Positions 9,432 to 19,805 are shown, numbered from the stretch's first letter. The stretch: 64,000 bases of DNA from an uncultured Candidatus Saccharibacteria bacterium (GCA_964548655.1 CAZJQT010000002.1:15901-79900); one strand, 5' to 3'. Program-made: numbers and translations. The notes: generated by a model not told the origin, from the letters alone.

Positions 9432-12400
9432 ATGGCTAGAAGTAATTCAGGCGCTAGACGTCGTGGTGGGAACACGGGCCGCAAAAGTAAGAATAGTTAC
9501 GTCACCAAGAGTGGACAAACTATTAAGATTAACCGTAGTCTAGGCGAACGCCTAAAGGCTTACCGCGAGAATTATTCCCAGAAAAATGCCTCCAGGCTAG
9601 CCGGCATGCCAAAGAGCCGTGCTAAACGTTTCCTTTGGCGGCTCCGACCCAAGCATTTGTATGAATACTGGTTCAGTCGCCAAGGTGGCATCATGGCCCT
9701 CAAAGTTGTCGGTATTGGTACACTCGTCAGCTTCTTGTTATTAGTAGCTGTCTTTGCCTATTTCAGGAAGGATCTACCTGATATTACCAATTTCCCCGGT
9801 AACAACATCGGCGGTAGCATTCAGTATTACGACAAAACCGGCCAGACACTGCTCTGGGAGGATTTTGACGCTGTCAAACGCATTCCAGTTAAGGATACTG
9901 AGATATCAAACAATATTCGCAAGGCCACAGTGGCAATTGAGGATAAAGACTTTTATAAACACGGTGGCTTTGATGTTCGCGGCATTGCCCGCGCCGGCGT
10001 AAATAATGTTTTTGGTCATGGCAGTACGCAAGGTGGTTCAACCATCACGCAGCAGTTGGTTAAGCTTTCGCTCAACTGGACCGACCAGCGCACCTACGCT
10101 CGAAAACTTAAAGAAATCATCCTATCAGTTGAATTAGAGCGTGAATACAATAAGGACCAGATACTAACCGGTTATCTTAACGTAGCGCCGTACGGCAATA
10201 TTGAATATGGCGTCGAGGCGGCCAGCAGCGATTACTTCCATAAAGCTGCTAAAGATTTGACTGTTGATGAAGCTGCCTTTTTAGCGGCTATTCCTAAGTC
10301 ACCGTCTATCTACTCACCTTATGGCCCGTACTTTGATAAACCGACTCTCGTGGCTCGGCAGCACTATGTTATAGACCAGATGGTTGATCAACATATGATC
10401 ACCAAAGACGACGGCGAGGCCGCCAAAAAAGTCGATACCATGGCTAAAGTCCAACCCCAACAAAGCAAATATACTGGCATCAAAGCGCCGTATTTTGCCT
10501 TAGCTGCCAAGAGTGAGATTGAGTCCCGTTACGGCACCGAAACTGCCAACCGTGGTGGCTGGAAAGTCATCACGACTTTGGATATACGCTTGCAAAGCCT
10601 GGCCGAAGATTCTGTACAAAAGGACCTGCCAACCATGCATCGCTATGGTGCCGATGAAGCCGCTTTCGCCGCCGAGGACATTAAAACCGGTCAAATGGTA
10701 GCTTTAGTCGGCGGCGTCGATTTCAACAATACCGACCACGGCAAGATTAACTATGCCCATGATACCTTCATAGCCCCAGGCTCTAGCTTTAAACCCTATG
10801 ACTATGCCGCACTCATAGATAAATCCACCAACGTCGGCGCCGGCTCGGTTTTGTACGATAGTAAAGGACCATTGCCGGGTTATCCTTGTACAGACCAGGG
10901 GCTACCGCCACCCAAGGGTCACGGTAACTGTCTGCAGGACTATGACTTTAGAACACCTGGACCAATGACATTGCGCTATGCGTTGGGTGGCTCACGCAAC
11001 ATTCCGGCCGTTAAGGCTAACCTCATCGCTGGTACTGACAACGTCATCAACATGGCCGATAAAATGATGGCCAATACCTACAATCCGAAACCTTATCAAT
11101 GTTATGAAACTGGCGACACAACCTTTACTAAGCCGACTCAGTGTTATGGTGCCTCAGCTATTGGTGACGGAGCTTTCTTGCACCTCGATGACCATGTTAA
11201 TGGCTTGGCTACCTTAGCAAGACTGGGTTCAGCTATACCTAGGACTTATATCTTAAAAATCTCGACTCAGAGCAACCCAAATTTCTACAACTACAAACAA
11301 CCTAAAGCCGAACAAGTGATTCGACCAGACTCGGCCTACATAGTCGACGACATGGCCTCAGACCCTAACGCAAGCTACTTGCCATCCAGTTATAAGTTCC
11401 AGAGATTTAAGGGCTGGAACTTCGCTGTTAAAACTGGTACTACCAACAACGGTTTTGATGGTCTCATGGCCAGCTGGTCAACTAAATACGCAGCTGTTTC
11501 ATGGGTTGGTTACCACACCCGTAACCAAGCCCTGACAGGTGCAATGGAATACATGACAGAACCAATTACCCGACCGTGGATGGAAGGTGCCCATGATGCC
11601 AGCGCCGGCACGCCAACTAACTGGGAAAGACCTTCTGGTGTTAAGACTCTACCTGCTTACGTGGTTAGGACGCATGTCGGTATTGGCTCGGTGGAGCCCA
11701 GCCCATCGACTGACCTCTTCCCCTCTTGGTTCACGCCACCAAAAGCAGCCAGTGGAGTCAGCCAAAACGTCGATATTGTTAGCAATAAACTCGCTACCGA
11801 ATGTACGCCACCATTAGCCATCAAGCAAGTCAACAATGCTGATGTCAATACGTTTTCAGTTGATAAGTTTGTCAATAACGGCGGCACGACTGACCAAAAG
11901 GACGACGTCCATGATTGTAATGATGTAAAACCAAGTCTTGACCCCTTAGTTCTGAATGCTGACGGCAGCGTAACTGTCGTCGTCCACAAAGGAACACACG
12001 ATTTATCCAGTGACCAATTCAAGGGCACTGTTAACTTCCTGGCTAATGGCCAAAATGTTAAATCCGTCCAAGTTGACACAGACGGCCAAACGGCAACCCT
12101 ACCAGCCGGCACAGCACCGCCTGGTTCAACCGTGACAGCTCAAATCATTGACAGTGTTCTGTACGACGCTAATAGTCCAAACTCCGTTACGATCCCAGGG
12201 GGTGGTTCTACTGGCACCCCTTTAGGCAGCCTGACAGCCACAAGAAACGGTAGTACAAGTGTCTCTTATAGTTGGTCCGGCGGAACTGGCCCATACACTG
12301 TTAAAACCAAAACCGGTGACGTAGTTCAGTGTCCTTCGACTACAACAACTTCGTGTAATGGTGGCTCTTTGCCACACGGCACAGCTGTATACGTTATTGA

Positions 12401-12437
12401 CGCTAGTAATAATACCTCTGAGACAACCGTAAACTAG
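9432..12437 (+). CDS. class A penicillin-binding protein (glycosyltransferase + transpeptidase) with long C-terminal extension
   Basis: GT51 motifs AIEDKDFYKHGGFD and GGSTITQQLVK, a TM anchor after a basic N-terminal tail, and a transpeptidase region (SSFKP). Confidence 0.9.
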   Translation: MARSNSGARRRGGNTGRKSKNSYVTKSGQTIKINRSLGERLKAYRENYSQKNASRLAGMPKSRAKRFLWRLRPKHLYEYWFSRQGGIMALKVVGIGTLVSFLLLVAVFAYFRKDLPDITNFPGNNIGGSIQYYDKTGQTLLWEDFDAVKRIPVKDTEISNNIRKATVAIEDKDFYKHGGFDVRGIARAGVNNVFGHGSTQGGSTITQQLVKLSLNWTDQRTYARKLKEIILSVELEREYNKDQILTGYLNVAPYGNIEYGVEAASSDYFHKAAKDLTVDEAAFLAAIPKSPSIYSPYGPYFDKPTLVARQHYVIDQMVDQHMITKDDGEAAKKVDTMAKVQPQQSKYTGIKAPYFALAAKSEIESRYGTETANRGGWKVITTLDIRLQSLAEDSVQKDLPTMHRYGADEAAFAAEDIKTGQMVALVGGVDFNNTDHGKINYAHDTFIAPGSSFKPYDYAALIDKSTNVGAGSVLYDSKGPLPGYPCTDQGLPPPKGHGNCLQDYDFRTPGPMTLRYALGGSRNIPAVKANLIAGTDNVINMADKMMANTYNPKPYQCYETGDTTFTKPTQCYGASAIGDGAFLHLDDHVNGLATLARLGSAIPRTYILKISTQSNPNFYNYKQPKAEQVIRPDSAYIVDDMASDPNASYLPSSYKFQRFKGWNFAVKTGTTNNGFDGLMASWSTKYAAVSWVGYHTRNQALTGAMEYMTEPITRPWMEGAHDASAGTPTNWERPSGVKTLPAYVVRTHVGIGSVEPSPSTDLFPSWFTPPKAASGVSQNVDIVSNKLATECTPPLAIKQVNNADVNTFSVDKFVNNGGTTDQKDDVHDCNDVKPSLDPLVLNADGSVTVVVHKGTHDLSSDQFKGTVNFLANGQNVKSVQVDTDGQTATLPAGTAPPGSTVTAQIIDSVLYDANSPNSVTIPGGGSTGTPLGSLTATRNGSTSVSYSWSGGTGPYTVKTKTGDVVQCPSTTTTSCNGGSLPHGTAVYVIDASNNTSETTVN

Positions 12438-13777
12438 TCTTTTTCTAGAAAACTATTCAAAGCTTGGCGGACAGTAGAAACACCGACGTATTTAGCTGGC
12501 TGTTGGCCTTTGATGACTGGGCCAACAGCACCGTCAAAACCTAGTTTTTTGGCTTCCGCCAAACGCTTATCTATAAAAGGCACGTGACGGATTTCTCCGC
12601 TCAAACCAACCTCACCAAACACCGCCGCGTTTTTCTTGAGCTGCATGCCACGGCTAGCACTAGCTATAGCCATGCAAATTGCTAAATCAGCCGCTGGCTC
12701 GCTCAAACGTATACCACCAACTACATTGATATAAATGTCTTGGTCTGACAGGTTAAGTTTAGTACGCTTTTCCAGCATGGCGACCAGTAAGTTAACGCGG
12801 TTAAGATCAATGCCGCTGGCAGCCCGTTTGGGATAGCCATAGCTTGTGCGATTAACTAAGGCCTGGACTTCAACTAAGAGTGGGCGGCTGCCTTCGATGG
12901 TGGCCAAGACAATCGAGCCGTCAGTTATTTGCCTCTCGGCTAGCAAAGCCGCTGATGGATTCTGAACTGGCTCTAGGCCCTTCTCAGTCATTTCAAAGAT
13001 ACCTGCCTCGGTAGTAGGACCGTAACGGTTTTTGCCAGCTCTGAGTACTTTGAAGCCACCATAACGGTCACCCTCCAGCTGCAAGACCACGTCGACTACA
13101 TGCTCTAAGAGTTTGGGTCCAGCAATCGAGCCTTCTTTGGTAACGTGACCGACTAAAACTAGAGCGGTATTGGTCTGTTTGGCGGCCAGACTAAGCATAT
13201 GGGTGCTGTTAGTAATTTGGCTAACACTGCCAGCGGCCGAAGCGATTGCCTCAGCGGTTATGGTCTGGATTGAATCGACAATAACCAACTTATAGCTGTC
13301 ATTCATCATAGTATGAGCAATATCATCAGCACTGTTACTGGTTGCAATCTGTAATTGTTTCGAGCCCAGACCAAGCCGCTTGGCTCTTAGGCCAATCTGG
13401 TGGGCTGATTCTTCGCCACTGATGTATAAAACTGGTACTTTTTCTGCCAGTTTATAGGCTAGTTGTAGCAGTAGTGTGCTTTTGCCAATGCCGGGTTCGC
13501 CGGCTAGCAAATTAACACTGCCAGCTACTAGACCACCACCCAATACTTGATCCAATTCATCAATGCCACTGACCAGCCGTTTTTGATCTTTGCTGAGTGA
13601 GGCGGTGGCTGAAACTGTCTGTAAATCACGCCCAGAGCTTTTTAACTGCCCAGTACTGACTGATAGTTGCTCCTGCAAAGTGTTCCACTCGCCGCATTGG
13701 AAGCATTTACCACTCCATGTACTGCTGGCGGCTCCACAATTACTACAAACGTACCTAACGGACTCCTTTTTTGCCAT
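12434..13777 (-). CDS. radA: DNA repair protein RadA/Sms
   Basis: N-terminal zinc finger CSNCG...CFQCGEW, Walker A GEPGIGKST, and a Lon-like C-terminal domain. Confidence 0.95.
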   Translation of the reverse strand: MAKKESVRYVCSNCGAASSTWSGKCFQCGEWNTLQEQLSVSTGQLKSSGRDLQTVSATASLSKDQKRLVSGIDELDQVLGGGLVAGSVNLLAGEPGIGKSTLLLQLAYKLAEKVPVLYISGEESAHQIGLRAKRLGLGSKQLQIATSNSADDIAHTMMNDSYKLVIVDSIQTITAEAIASAAGSVSQITNSTHMLSLAAKQTNTALVLVGHVTKEGSIAGPKLLEHVVDVVLQLEGDRYGGFKVLRAGKNRYGPTTEAGIFEMTEKGLEPVQNPSAALLAERQITDGSIVLATIEGSRPLLVEVQALVNRTSYGYPKRAASGIDLNRVNLLVAMLEKRTKLNLSDQDIYINVVGGIRLSEPAADLAICMAIASASRGMQLKKNAAVFGEVGLSGEIRHVPFIDKRLAEAKKLGFDGAVGPVIKGQQPAKYVGVSTVRQALNSFLEKD

Positions 13778-13797
13778 AGTCTTAGTATTCTAGCAAA

Positions 13798-14769
13798 CTA
13801 TTGCTGTTGGATGGTCTCGGGTGTGTTTTGAATGGCATTTATTAGCTGGTTTTCTTCCAGCGCCAGAGCATTTCGCTCCTCAAGTAAGCTATTGTATTGG
13901 CTGATCAAACTCTTGATGCGGTTGACGTTTTGATTATAGCTAGCAACTTGGGCGTTATAGTCGTTTACGCCAGCATTGTAGTCTTTGTAATCTTTAGCTG
14001 CCAGGTACGCGTCCAGTTGAGCCCGCTTGGCATCAATCACCTTCTGCTGAGCATTCAAGGAAGCTTCGAGGCTATCGATTTGCTGTTTTATGCTAGCCAG
14101 CTCCCGGTCATCTTCGGCGACTTTGTTTTTACGGTCGGTGAAGGCTTTCTCGTAGTTCTCAGAGTAGCTAACTATTTTTGACCGATCAGAAAAATAACGG
14201 CCATAGTAGGTTTCCAATTCTGGGGGTAAATTGCGTACTTCCGTACCGAGGATTGAATGGAGCTCATTGGTAACGTCGGCACCGCTTTTCTGGTATTCTT
14301 CTACGGTGTTTTTAATACGATCGTCTTGGAGACCTGCATAGGCTTGGTCAATTAGTTTATTTACGCGCTGTTTCTCCGACGGACTCAGACGGTCATAGGC
14401 AGCGTGCAGGGTTTCATGAGCGGCTGTAACCTGCAAGATACCACTCAGCCTCGGATCCTGAATATTGCTAAGATAAATACCTTTAAAGGCTACATAACAG
14501 CCTAGGATTATAGTTTTTTCATCACTTTTACAGTTCTGGCTGAAGGTTTGCTTATCTTCTAAGTCCGGGTGATAGACGTAAAACAAATGTTGGGTTGATG
14601 GTTTCATGGTTGTGTCTGCCGCAATCTGTGCGATTGCAGCTGGCGGTTGGTAACCACGCAGACGCCACCAATCATAAATAGCCCAGTGTTGCCACCATAC
14701 CAATACCACCGCGGCAATCAGAGCTAAACTAGTTAGTAGTGAAACAACCTTTTTCAGGCTATCTTTCAT
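13798..14769 (-). CDS. membrane-anchored hypothetical protein with HExxH motif and C-terminal coiled coil
   Basis: N-terminal TM segment (LLTSLALIAAVVLVWW), HETLH motif, and a Gln/Ala/Asn-rich heptad-like tail. Confidence 0.7.
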   Translation of the reverse strand: MKDSLKKVVSLLTSLALIAAVVLVWWQHWAIYDWWRLRGYQPPAAIAQIAADTTMKPSTQHLFYVYHPDLEDKQTFSQNCKSDEKTIILGCYVAFKGIYLSNIQDPRLSGILQVTAAHETLHAAYDRLSPSEKQRVNKLIDQAYAGLQDDRIKNTVEEYQKSGADVTNELHSILGTEVRNLPPELETYYGRYFSDRSKIVSYSENYEKAFTDRKNKVAEDDRELASIKQQIDSLEASLNAQQKVIDAKRAQLDAYLAAKDYKDYNAGVNDYNAQVASYNQNVNRIKSLISQYNSLLEERNALALEENQLINAIQNTPETIQQQ

Positions 14770-14786
14770 ATTGCTATTCTAGCAGT

Positions 14787-17264
14787 TTACTCAGTGACGA
14801 GGGCATATTTTAGATCGTTTTTATCAGCGTTGACCTTAACGATATGACCCTTTTCATGTTTTTCGTCCAAAAGTTCCAGAGCAATGTGATCTTCTAGGGT
14901 GTCCTGGATTAGTCGACGCATCGGCCGTACGCCATTTTTGGCATCATAACCGTTAGTTAGTAAATAATCTTTGGCAGCTTTGGTGATCTCCAGGCCAATG
15001 CCGTGCTTAACCAAGCGTTGGCGCAGCTCATCGAGTTGAAGGTCCAAGATCTTCAAAACATTTGGGCGGCTGAGGGCTTTGAAAACAATCACTTTATCGA
15101 TACGGTTGAGTAGCTCGGGACGCATGGTTTTCTTGAGAGAATCCAGGACTTTATCCTTATTGGCTTCATGCATCTGTTCTAAATCGTCAAGATCCGTATT
15201 GTCTTGGGCATGAAAGCCAAGATCGGCTTCCTTCTGAAGCTTATCAGCGCCGATGTTGCTGGTCATGATGACAATGGTGTTACTAAAATCAATCTTGCGA
15301 CCTTTAGCATCGGTCAGGACACCGTCTTCTAGGATCTGGAGTAGCATGTTGAAAACTTCTGGATGAGCTTTTTCGATCTCATCAAACAAGACTAAGCTAT
15401 AGGGTTGCCGGCGGATTTTATCTGTTAATTGGCCACCATCGTCGTAACCGACGTAGCCAGCTGGTGCGCCAACTAAACGAGCCACGGTGTGGTGTTCGCC
15501 AAACTCGCTCATGTCGATTTTTACCAAAGCGTCTTCGCTGCCAAAGAATTCACGAGCCAAGACTCGCGCTAATTCGGTCTTGCCAACACCGGTTGGTCCC
15601 AAGAATATGAATGAGCCGATTGGACGGCCGGAAGCACCGATGCCTGTCCGGTTGCGCCTAATTGCCTTGGAAGCAGCGGCAACGGCCTCATCCTGGCCAA
15701 TCACAAACTTGGAGATATTCTTTTCTAGGTTCAGTAAATACTTGGCTTCTGATCTGATAACTTTAGTTACCGGTACGCCAGTCATCCTAGCCACTACATC
15801 GGCTACATCCTCACTAGTCATGACAATTTTCTTTTGAATCTTGCCATTTTTCTTGAGTTTCTTGAGGTCTTCGTTGATCTGGATAGCACGCTGTTTGAGT
15901 TTGGCGGCCAGTTCATAATCCTGGTTGTCAGCCGCGTCATCCTTTTGGATATTAACCAATTGGAGTTCCTTTTGCAGTTTGCGAATTTCTGGTGGAGTTT
16001 TACCTTTGTCGACTTTTAGATAAGCCGCCGTTTCATCCAAAAGATCGATGGCTTTGTCAGGCATAAAACGGTCGTTGACGTAGCGTTTGGCCAGTACAGC
16101 CGTATCTTCTAAGACCTCATCACTGACTTTTACGTTATGGAAATCCTCGTAATGTTTGCGTAGGCCTTTTAAGATAGCAATGGTTTCAGGCAAAGTTGCT
16201 TCAGGTACTTGTATGGGCTGGAAACGCCGTTCCAGAGCCGCATCTTTCTCTATGTGTTTAGTGTATTCGGCAGTAGTAGTGGCGCCGACCAGCTGGATCT
16301 TACCACGGGCTAAAGCTGGTTTTAGAATGTTACCAGCGTCCATGGCGCCCTCGGCAGCGCCAGCTCCAACAATCAGATGCAGCTCGTCAATGAAGACGAT
16401 ACTGCGGTTGTCGTTTTCTAGTTCACCCATGACCTTTTTAAGTCGTTCTTCAAACTCACCGCGGTATTTTGTACCGGCAATCATAGCGGCCAAATCAAGC
16501 ATCACTAAACGCTTGTCTAGCAAGCTATCCGGTACTTCTTCGGATACTATGCGTTGGGCTAGGCCCTCAACAATGGCAGTCTTACCAACACCCGGTTCGC
16601 CAATTAGAACTGGATTGTTCTTGGTACGACGGTTAAGAATAGTAACCAAACGACGAATTTGCGGTTCACGGCCAACTACGGGGTCAAGTTTGCCTTGTTT
16701 CGCTTGCGCTGTTAAGTCGGTGCCAAAAAAGTCCAGCGCCGTCTTACGTTGTTTGCCGCCACGGCGACGGTGTTCGGTTGAGGCCTCGCTCTCGCCATCA
16801 AATTGTTGACGGTTGAGGAACTGTTCTAGCTCGTTTGTTAGAAAATCAACGTCAACATTCATGTCCTTGAGTAACTTGGTAGCACGTGCGTTCTTTTGGC
16901 TCAAAATACTGTATAAAATGTGCTCAGTGCCAGTCACGTCCTGATTGAAATCCTGAGAAATTTCGGTCGCCATTTTTAGAGTCAGCTTGGCCGTTTCGCT
17001 CAAGCCTTTAGCGCCCATATTAATAACTAGAGTTTTGGGGGTCAGATTCAAAACTAAACGTGCTCGATCCAGCGTGATGCCAGCATTGCTTAGAAACTTT
17101 GCACCCAGGCTACCTGGCTGAGCCAAAACACCCAACAACAGATGCTCTGTGCCCACGTAACTGCTGCCAAAACTGCGAGCAATGGCGTCGGCATGCTTTA
17201 GGCTAGAAATAGCATTGTCGGTTAAGTTTTTGTTGAAATCTTGAAATTCGTTTGAATTAGGCAT
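14787..17264 (-). CDS. clpC: ATP-dependent Clp protease ATP-binding subunit ClpC
   Basis: Clp_N repeats and two AAA+ modules (GEPGVGKTA and GPTGVGKTE), with a UVR-like linker. Confidence 0.9.
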   Translation of the reverse strand: MPNSNEFQDFNKNLTDNAISSLKHADAIARSFGSSYVGTEHLLLGVLAQPGSLGAKFLSNAGITLDRARLVLNLTPKTLVINMGAKGLSETAKLTLKMATEISQDFNQDVTGTEHILYSILSQKNARATKLLKDMNVDVDFLTNELEQFLNRQQFDGESEASTEHRRRGGKQRKTALDFFGTDLTAQAKQGKLDPVVGREPQIRRLVTILNRRTKNNPVLIGEPGVGKTAIVEGLAQRIVSEEVPDSLLDKRLVMLDLAAMIAGTKYRGEFEERLKKVMGELENDNRSIVFIDELHLIVGAGAAEGAMDAGNILKPALARGKIQLVGATTTAEYTKHIEKDAALERRFQPIQVPEATLPETIAILKGLRKHYEDFHNVKVSDEVLEDTAVLAKRYVNDRFMPDKAIDLLDETAAYLKVDKGKTPPEIRKLQKELQLVNIQKDDAADNQDYELAAKLKQRAIQINEDLKKLKKNGKIQKKIVMTSEDVADVVARMTGVPVTKVIRSEAKYLLNLEKNISKFVIGQDEAVAAASKAIRRNRTGIGASGRPIGSFIFLGPTGVGKTELARVLAREFFGSEDALVKIDMSEFGEHHTVARLVGAPAGYVGYDDGGQLTDKIRRQPYSLVLFDEIEKAHPEVFNMLLQILEDGVLTDAKGRKIDFSNTIVIMTSNIGADKLQKEADLGFHAQDNTDLDDLEQMHEANKDKVLDSLKKTMRPELLNRIDKVIVFKALSRPNVLKILDLQLDELRQRLVKHGIGLEITKAAKDYLLTNGYDAKNGVRPMRRLIQDTLEDHIALELLDEKHEKGHIVKVNADKNDLKYALVTE

Positions 17265-17311
17265 ATTTATGATTCCTACCCTAGCAGTGATTTTAGAAAA
17301 CCGCTACATCC

Positions 17312-17339
17312 ATAATATCATTTAGCACTCAAAGGTCAA
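17312..17339 (-). promoter_or_regulatory. sigma70-type promoter of clpC
   Basis: Minus strand reads TTGACC (17339..17334), 16-nt spacer, TATTAT (17317..17312). It lies about 50 nt upstream of the clpC ATG. Confidence 0.55.
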
Positions 17340-17348
17340 GAGTGCTAA
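17322..17348. promoter_or_regulatory. CIRCE element (HrcA operator), perfect consensus
   Basis: TTAGCACTC-aaaggtcaa-GAGTGCTAA equals the published CIRCE consensus TTAGCACTC-N9-GAGTGCTAA with zero mismatches. Its spacer contains the clpC -35 hexamer. Confidence 0.8.
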
Positions 17349-17368
17349 TCCAATCTGTTATACGACTT

Positions 17369-19735
17369 TTAGGTCTCGGATGCTTGACGATGAGCCGCGA
17401 AGTAGCTCTCCACACACTGTTTGACAATTTCAACGGCTTTTTTCTGGCGCGGACTTCCTTTACCTAGCTCGTGTCTAGAATTATTGTACAACTTCATAGC
17501 TATCATGTTTTCAGCTGTGACAGGCGTCTCATAAACATCGGCCGTATCAAGACTTAATAGCCCAGCTGTTTGCAACCGTTCCATATTGGTTTTGGTGCCA
17601 AATATTGTGCTGTTACCCTTTAGCCGAGCGTTACGGGCAGAGATCGTCCCTTCTACCATTAGACCCTCTTCTTCTAATTGAGAGATAGTTTCACCAATTT
17701 TGTGTCGCCAATCCTTCTCCCATTCACCGTTGGATTCGCTACTTTTTTGGGCACGCTTGCTGGCTTTTTTAGCTGTTCGTTTGCTGTCTTTTTCGGTTTG
17801 GCTTGGTTGTTGTTCAGGAACCGGCGCTGTGGCCACTGGATTTGGGGTAGCTTCAGCCAAGGCTTGTTCTTTTTCGGCTTGTTGCTGCGCCTTTTTAAGC
17901 CTTTCTTTAGCGGCTTGTTCAGCGATGTACTGAGCTCGTTTTTCTAAGATCTCGGCTTCGTCATCTTCTGACTCAAATGTAGCTCCATGACGAGTGCTGT
18001 CAGTCGCATTAACTTCGTAATTTAGCTGTAGTTGTACCGGCTCTCGGCCATCATCAAAATCGTAAGCAACTCCCCAGAAAACTGTTGGCTGGTTGCCGAT
18101 ATCATTTACGAATATCCTACGCCCGCGTGCTCTTAAAGCCGCTTCAAAAACCGGCCGAGTAGCTTCATCATTTAACCTGTCGTAAACATAATCAATCAGA
18201 CCGAGCCTGGGATCACCGACCTCAAAACTATCTAGTAGTTCAGTAAGGTTTTCTGGCCGAACGGCGTTACTCAAAATAGCGTAAACGCGGGTGCGCCTAG
18301 CGTCAATCTCTTGCTGTGTGGCTGGACGTCGGCGTGAATCAAACTGAATGTCAGCATTTTCAAACGCCTCGACAACCTCCTCCGGAATGGCTGGTATGCC
18401 GAGATGCTCCAACAGCCGACCACGGTCATTGAAATATTGTGTCAGCAAGGCGCCTTTACGAAGTGTCAACTCATGCTCAGGTGCTTCTTCATCGGCTTCA
18501 ATCGGTGCCTTAACAGCGCCATCGGATACCTTTTCTCGCAAGTAATAGCCTGGCTCGGTACGGGTACCTTTGCCCGGACGCTTATCATCGGTTCTTACAG
18601 ATACCAATTCATATAGATCACCCAAGCCCTTTTCTCTCAAAGCAGACATGATAGAGCCTGTTGTAGAACTCAATATATATTTACCATCTTTGCGTTTTGC
18701 TATTTCGCTCGTGGTATAGACTCCAAATTTAACCAAATCGTTCGTGATAAGTGGTTTGTCTTGGGTAGCCTTTAGTAAAAGCTGGAAGGCCAGTGCAACT
18801 TTACCGCCCATTGTTTGGCCATTGGGCAATTTAGCGATGCCCAGAAGGACATCATCATAAGCTTCCTCAATATGTTCAAATTTCAAATCAAAATCGCCCA
18901 GACTGTACATTATTAGGCGCGGTTGAACTTTATCGACGTTTATAAGAGGCTGTCCTTTGTACACGAGGTCATCACGTAGGAAATCACCTATGTAATTTTG
19001 CCAAGTCATACTATAAAATTCCTTGATACCTAGTGTTGCGTGATCCCAAATGTCTTTGGCTCGAAGCGGTTCATTGGGATGGTCGGCGATATACTCAATT
19101 GCGCGCAGCCGGCATTCCTCAACAAACGTCTCGTCTTCAACAGAACTAGTGCCCCCTCCCATTCGCCGACTAAGTGGCATTGGTTTATTGCCGACTAACA
19201 AAACATTATTGCCTTTGTAGACCACAACTTTTAGCGGTGTTCGGTTACTTTCTTGCTCTGGTGCGCCGGGTTCAGGCTCAACTGGTTGAGCTGTTGTCTC
19301 GGGTTGCGGGGCAGATGTTTCGGTATCCCTTTGAATAATCGACAGTTTGCCTACCTTAGATGCAAAATGTTTACCAACCCAGTAAGCTTTGGCAAACTTT
19401 GTGTCGTCTTCAGGGTAAGGTTCGCTTCGTGGTAAAGCAGCCAAACGGGCTTGAATACTTTCTTCGCTAATTAAGCCGTCTTTATAAGGCTTGGTGTTAC
19501 GCAGATTTTCAATCTTGCGTATTGTCTCGAGAGTCTCAGGTGTAACAGGCGGCTCAAGGGCAGCTATAAAGTCGGGCTCTGCTTGTGGCGCTAGTGAATC
19601 CATAGCCAAGACTGCAGTATCAATACTTTCAGATACTACTTCGGCTAAATCTGGGTCAGTAGCTAGCTCTTGTAGCTCTTCCCAATTCTTGTACATCTCT
19701 CGATAAGAAGATGCGCGCTCACTAAACTCTGGCAC
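17369..19735 (-). CDS. large hypothetical cytoplasmic protein (788 aa)
   Basis: Long uninterrupted ORF with a GTG start preceded by AAGAGG. No TM segments and no motif I recognise. A low-complexity Q/E/K/A/P-rich linker lies near residue 600. Confidence 0.8.
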   Translation of the reverse strand: MPEFSERASSYREMYKNWEELQELATDPDLAEVVSESIDTAVLAMDSLAPQAEPDFIAALEPPVTPETLETIRKIENLRNTKPYKDGLISEESIQARLAALPRSEPYPEDDTKFAKAYWVGKHFASKVGKLSIIQRDTETSAPQPETTAQPVEPEPGAPEQESNRTPLKVVVYKGNNVLLVGNKPMPLSRRMGGGTSSVEDETFVEECRLRAIEYIADHPNEPLRAKDIWDHATLGIKEFYSMTWQNYIGDFLRDDLVYKGQPLINVDKVQPRLIMYSLGDFDLKFEHIEEAYDDVLLGIAKLPNGQTMGGKVALAFQLLLKATQDKPLITNDLVKFGVYTTSEIAKRKDGKYILSSTTGSIMSALREKGLGDLYELVSVRTDDKRPGKGTRTEPGYYLREKVSDGAVKAPIEADEEAPEHELTLRKGALLTQYFNDRGRLLEHLGIPAIPEEVVEAFENADIQFDSRRRPATQQEIDARRTRVYAILSNAVRPENLTELLDSFEVGDPRLGLIDYVYDRLNDEATRPVFEAALRARGRRIFVNDIGNQPTVFWGVAYDFDDGREPVQLQLNYEVNATDSTRHGATFESEDDEAEILEKRAQYIAEQAAKERLKKAQQQAEKEQALAEATPNPVATAPVPEQQPSQTEKDSKRTAKKASKRAQKSSESNGEWEKDWRHKIGETISQLEEEGLMVEGTISARNARLKGNSTIFGTKTNMERLQTAGLLSLDTADVYETPVTAENMIAMKLYNNSRHELGKGSPRQKKAVEIVKQCVESYFAAHRQASET

Positions 19736-19763
19736 TTTAAACCTCTTTTAAGAAAACCAAACT

Positions 19764-19792
19764 ATTATAGTAGTTTGTGGCTACAACGTCAA
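19764..19792 (-). promoter_or_regulatory. consensus-like sigma70 promoter of the 788-aa gene
   Basis: Minus strand reads TTGACG (19792..19787), 17-nt spacer, TATAAT (19769..19764). The inverted repeat CAAACTA/TAGTTTG (19758..19777) straddles the -10. Confidence 0.6.
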
Positions 19793-19805
19793 CTAACTTT
19801 GTTAG

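Noticed and set aside
16156-16809. 217-aa plus-strand ORF antisense to clpC
   Set aside because: It lies entirely inside the well-supported clpC gene. Its Ser/Arg/Pro/Ala-rich composition is typical of an antisense frame, and it has no SD or promoter.
17331-17340. AGGTCAAG inside the CIRCE spacer as a CtsR box
   Set aside because: The CtsR operator is a tandem heptad repeat (A/GGTCAAA-NAN-A/GGTCAAA). Only a single imperfect heptad is present.
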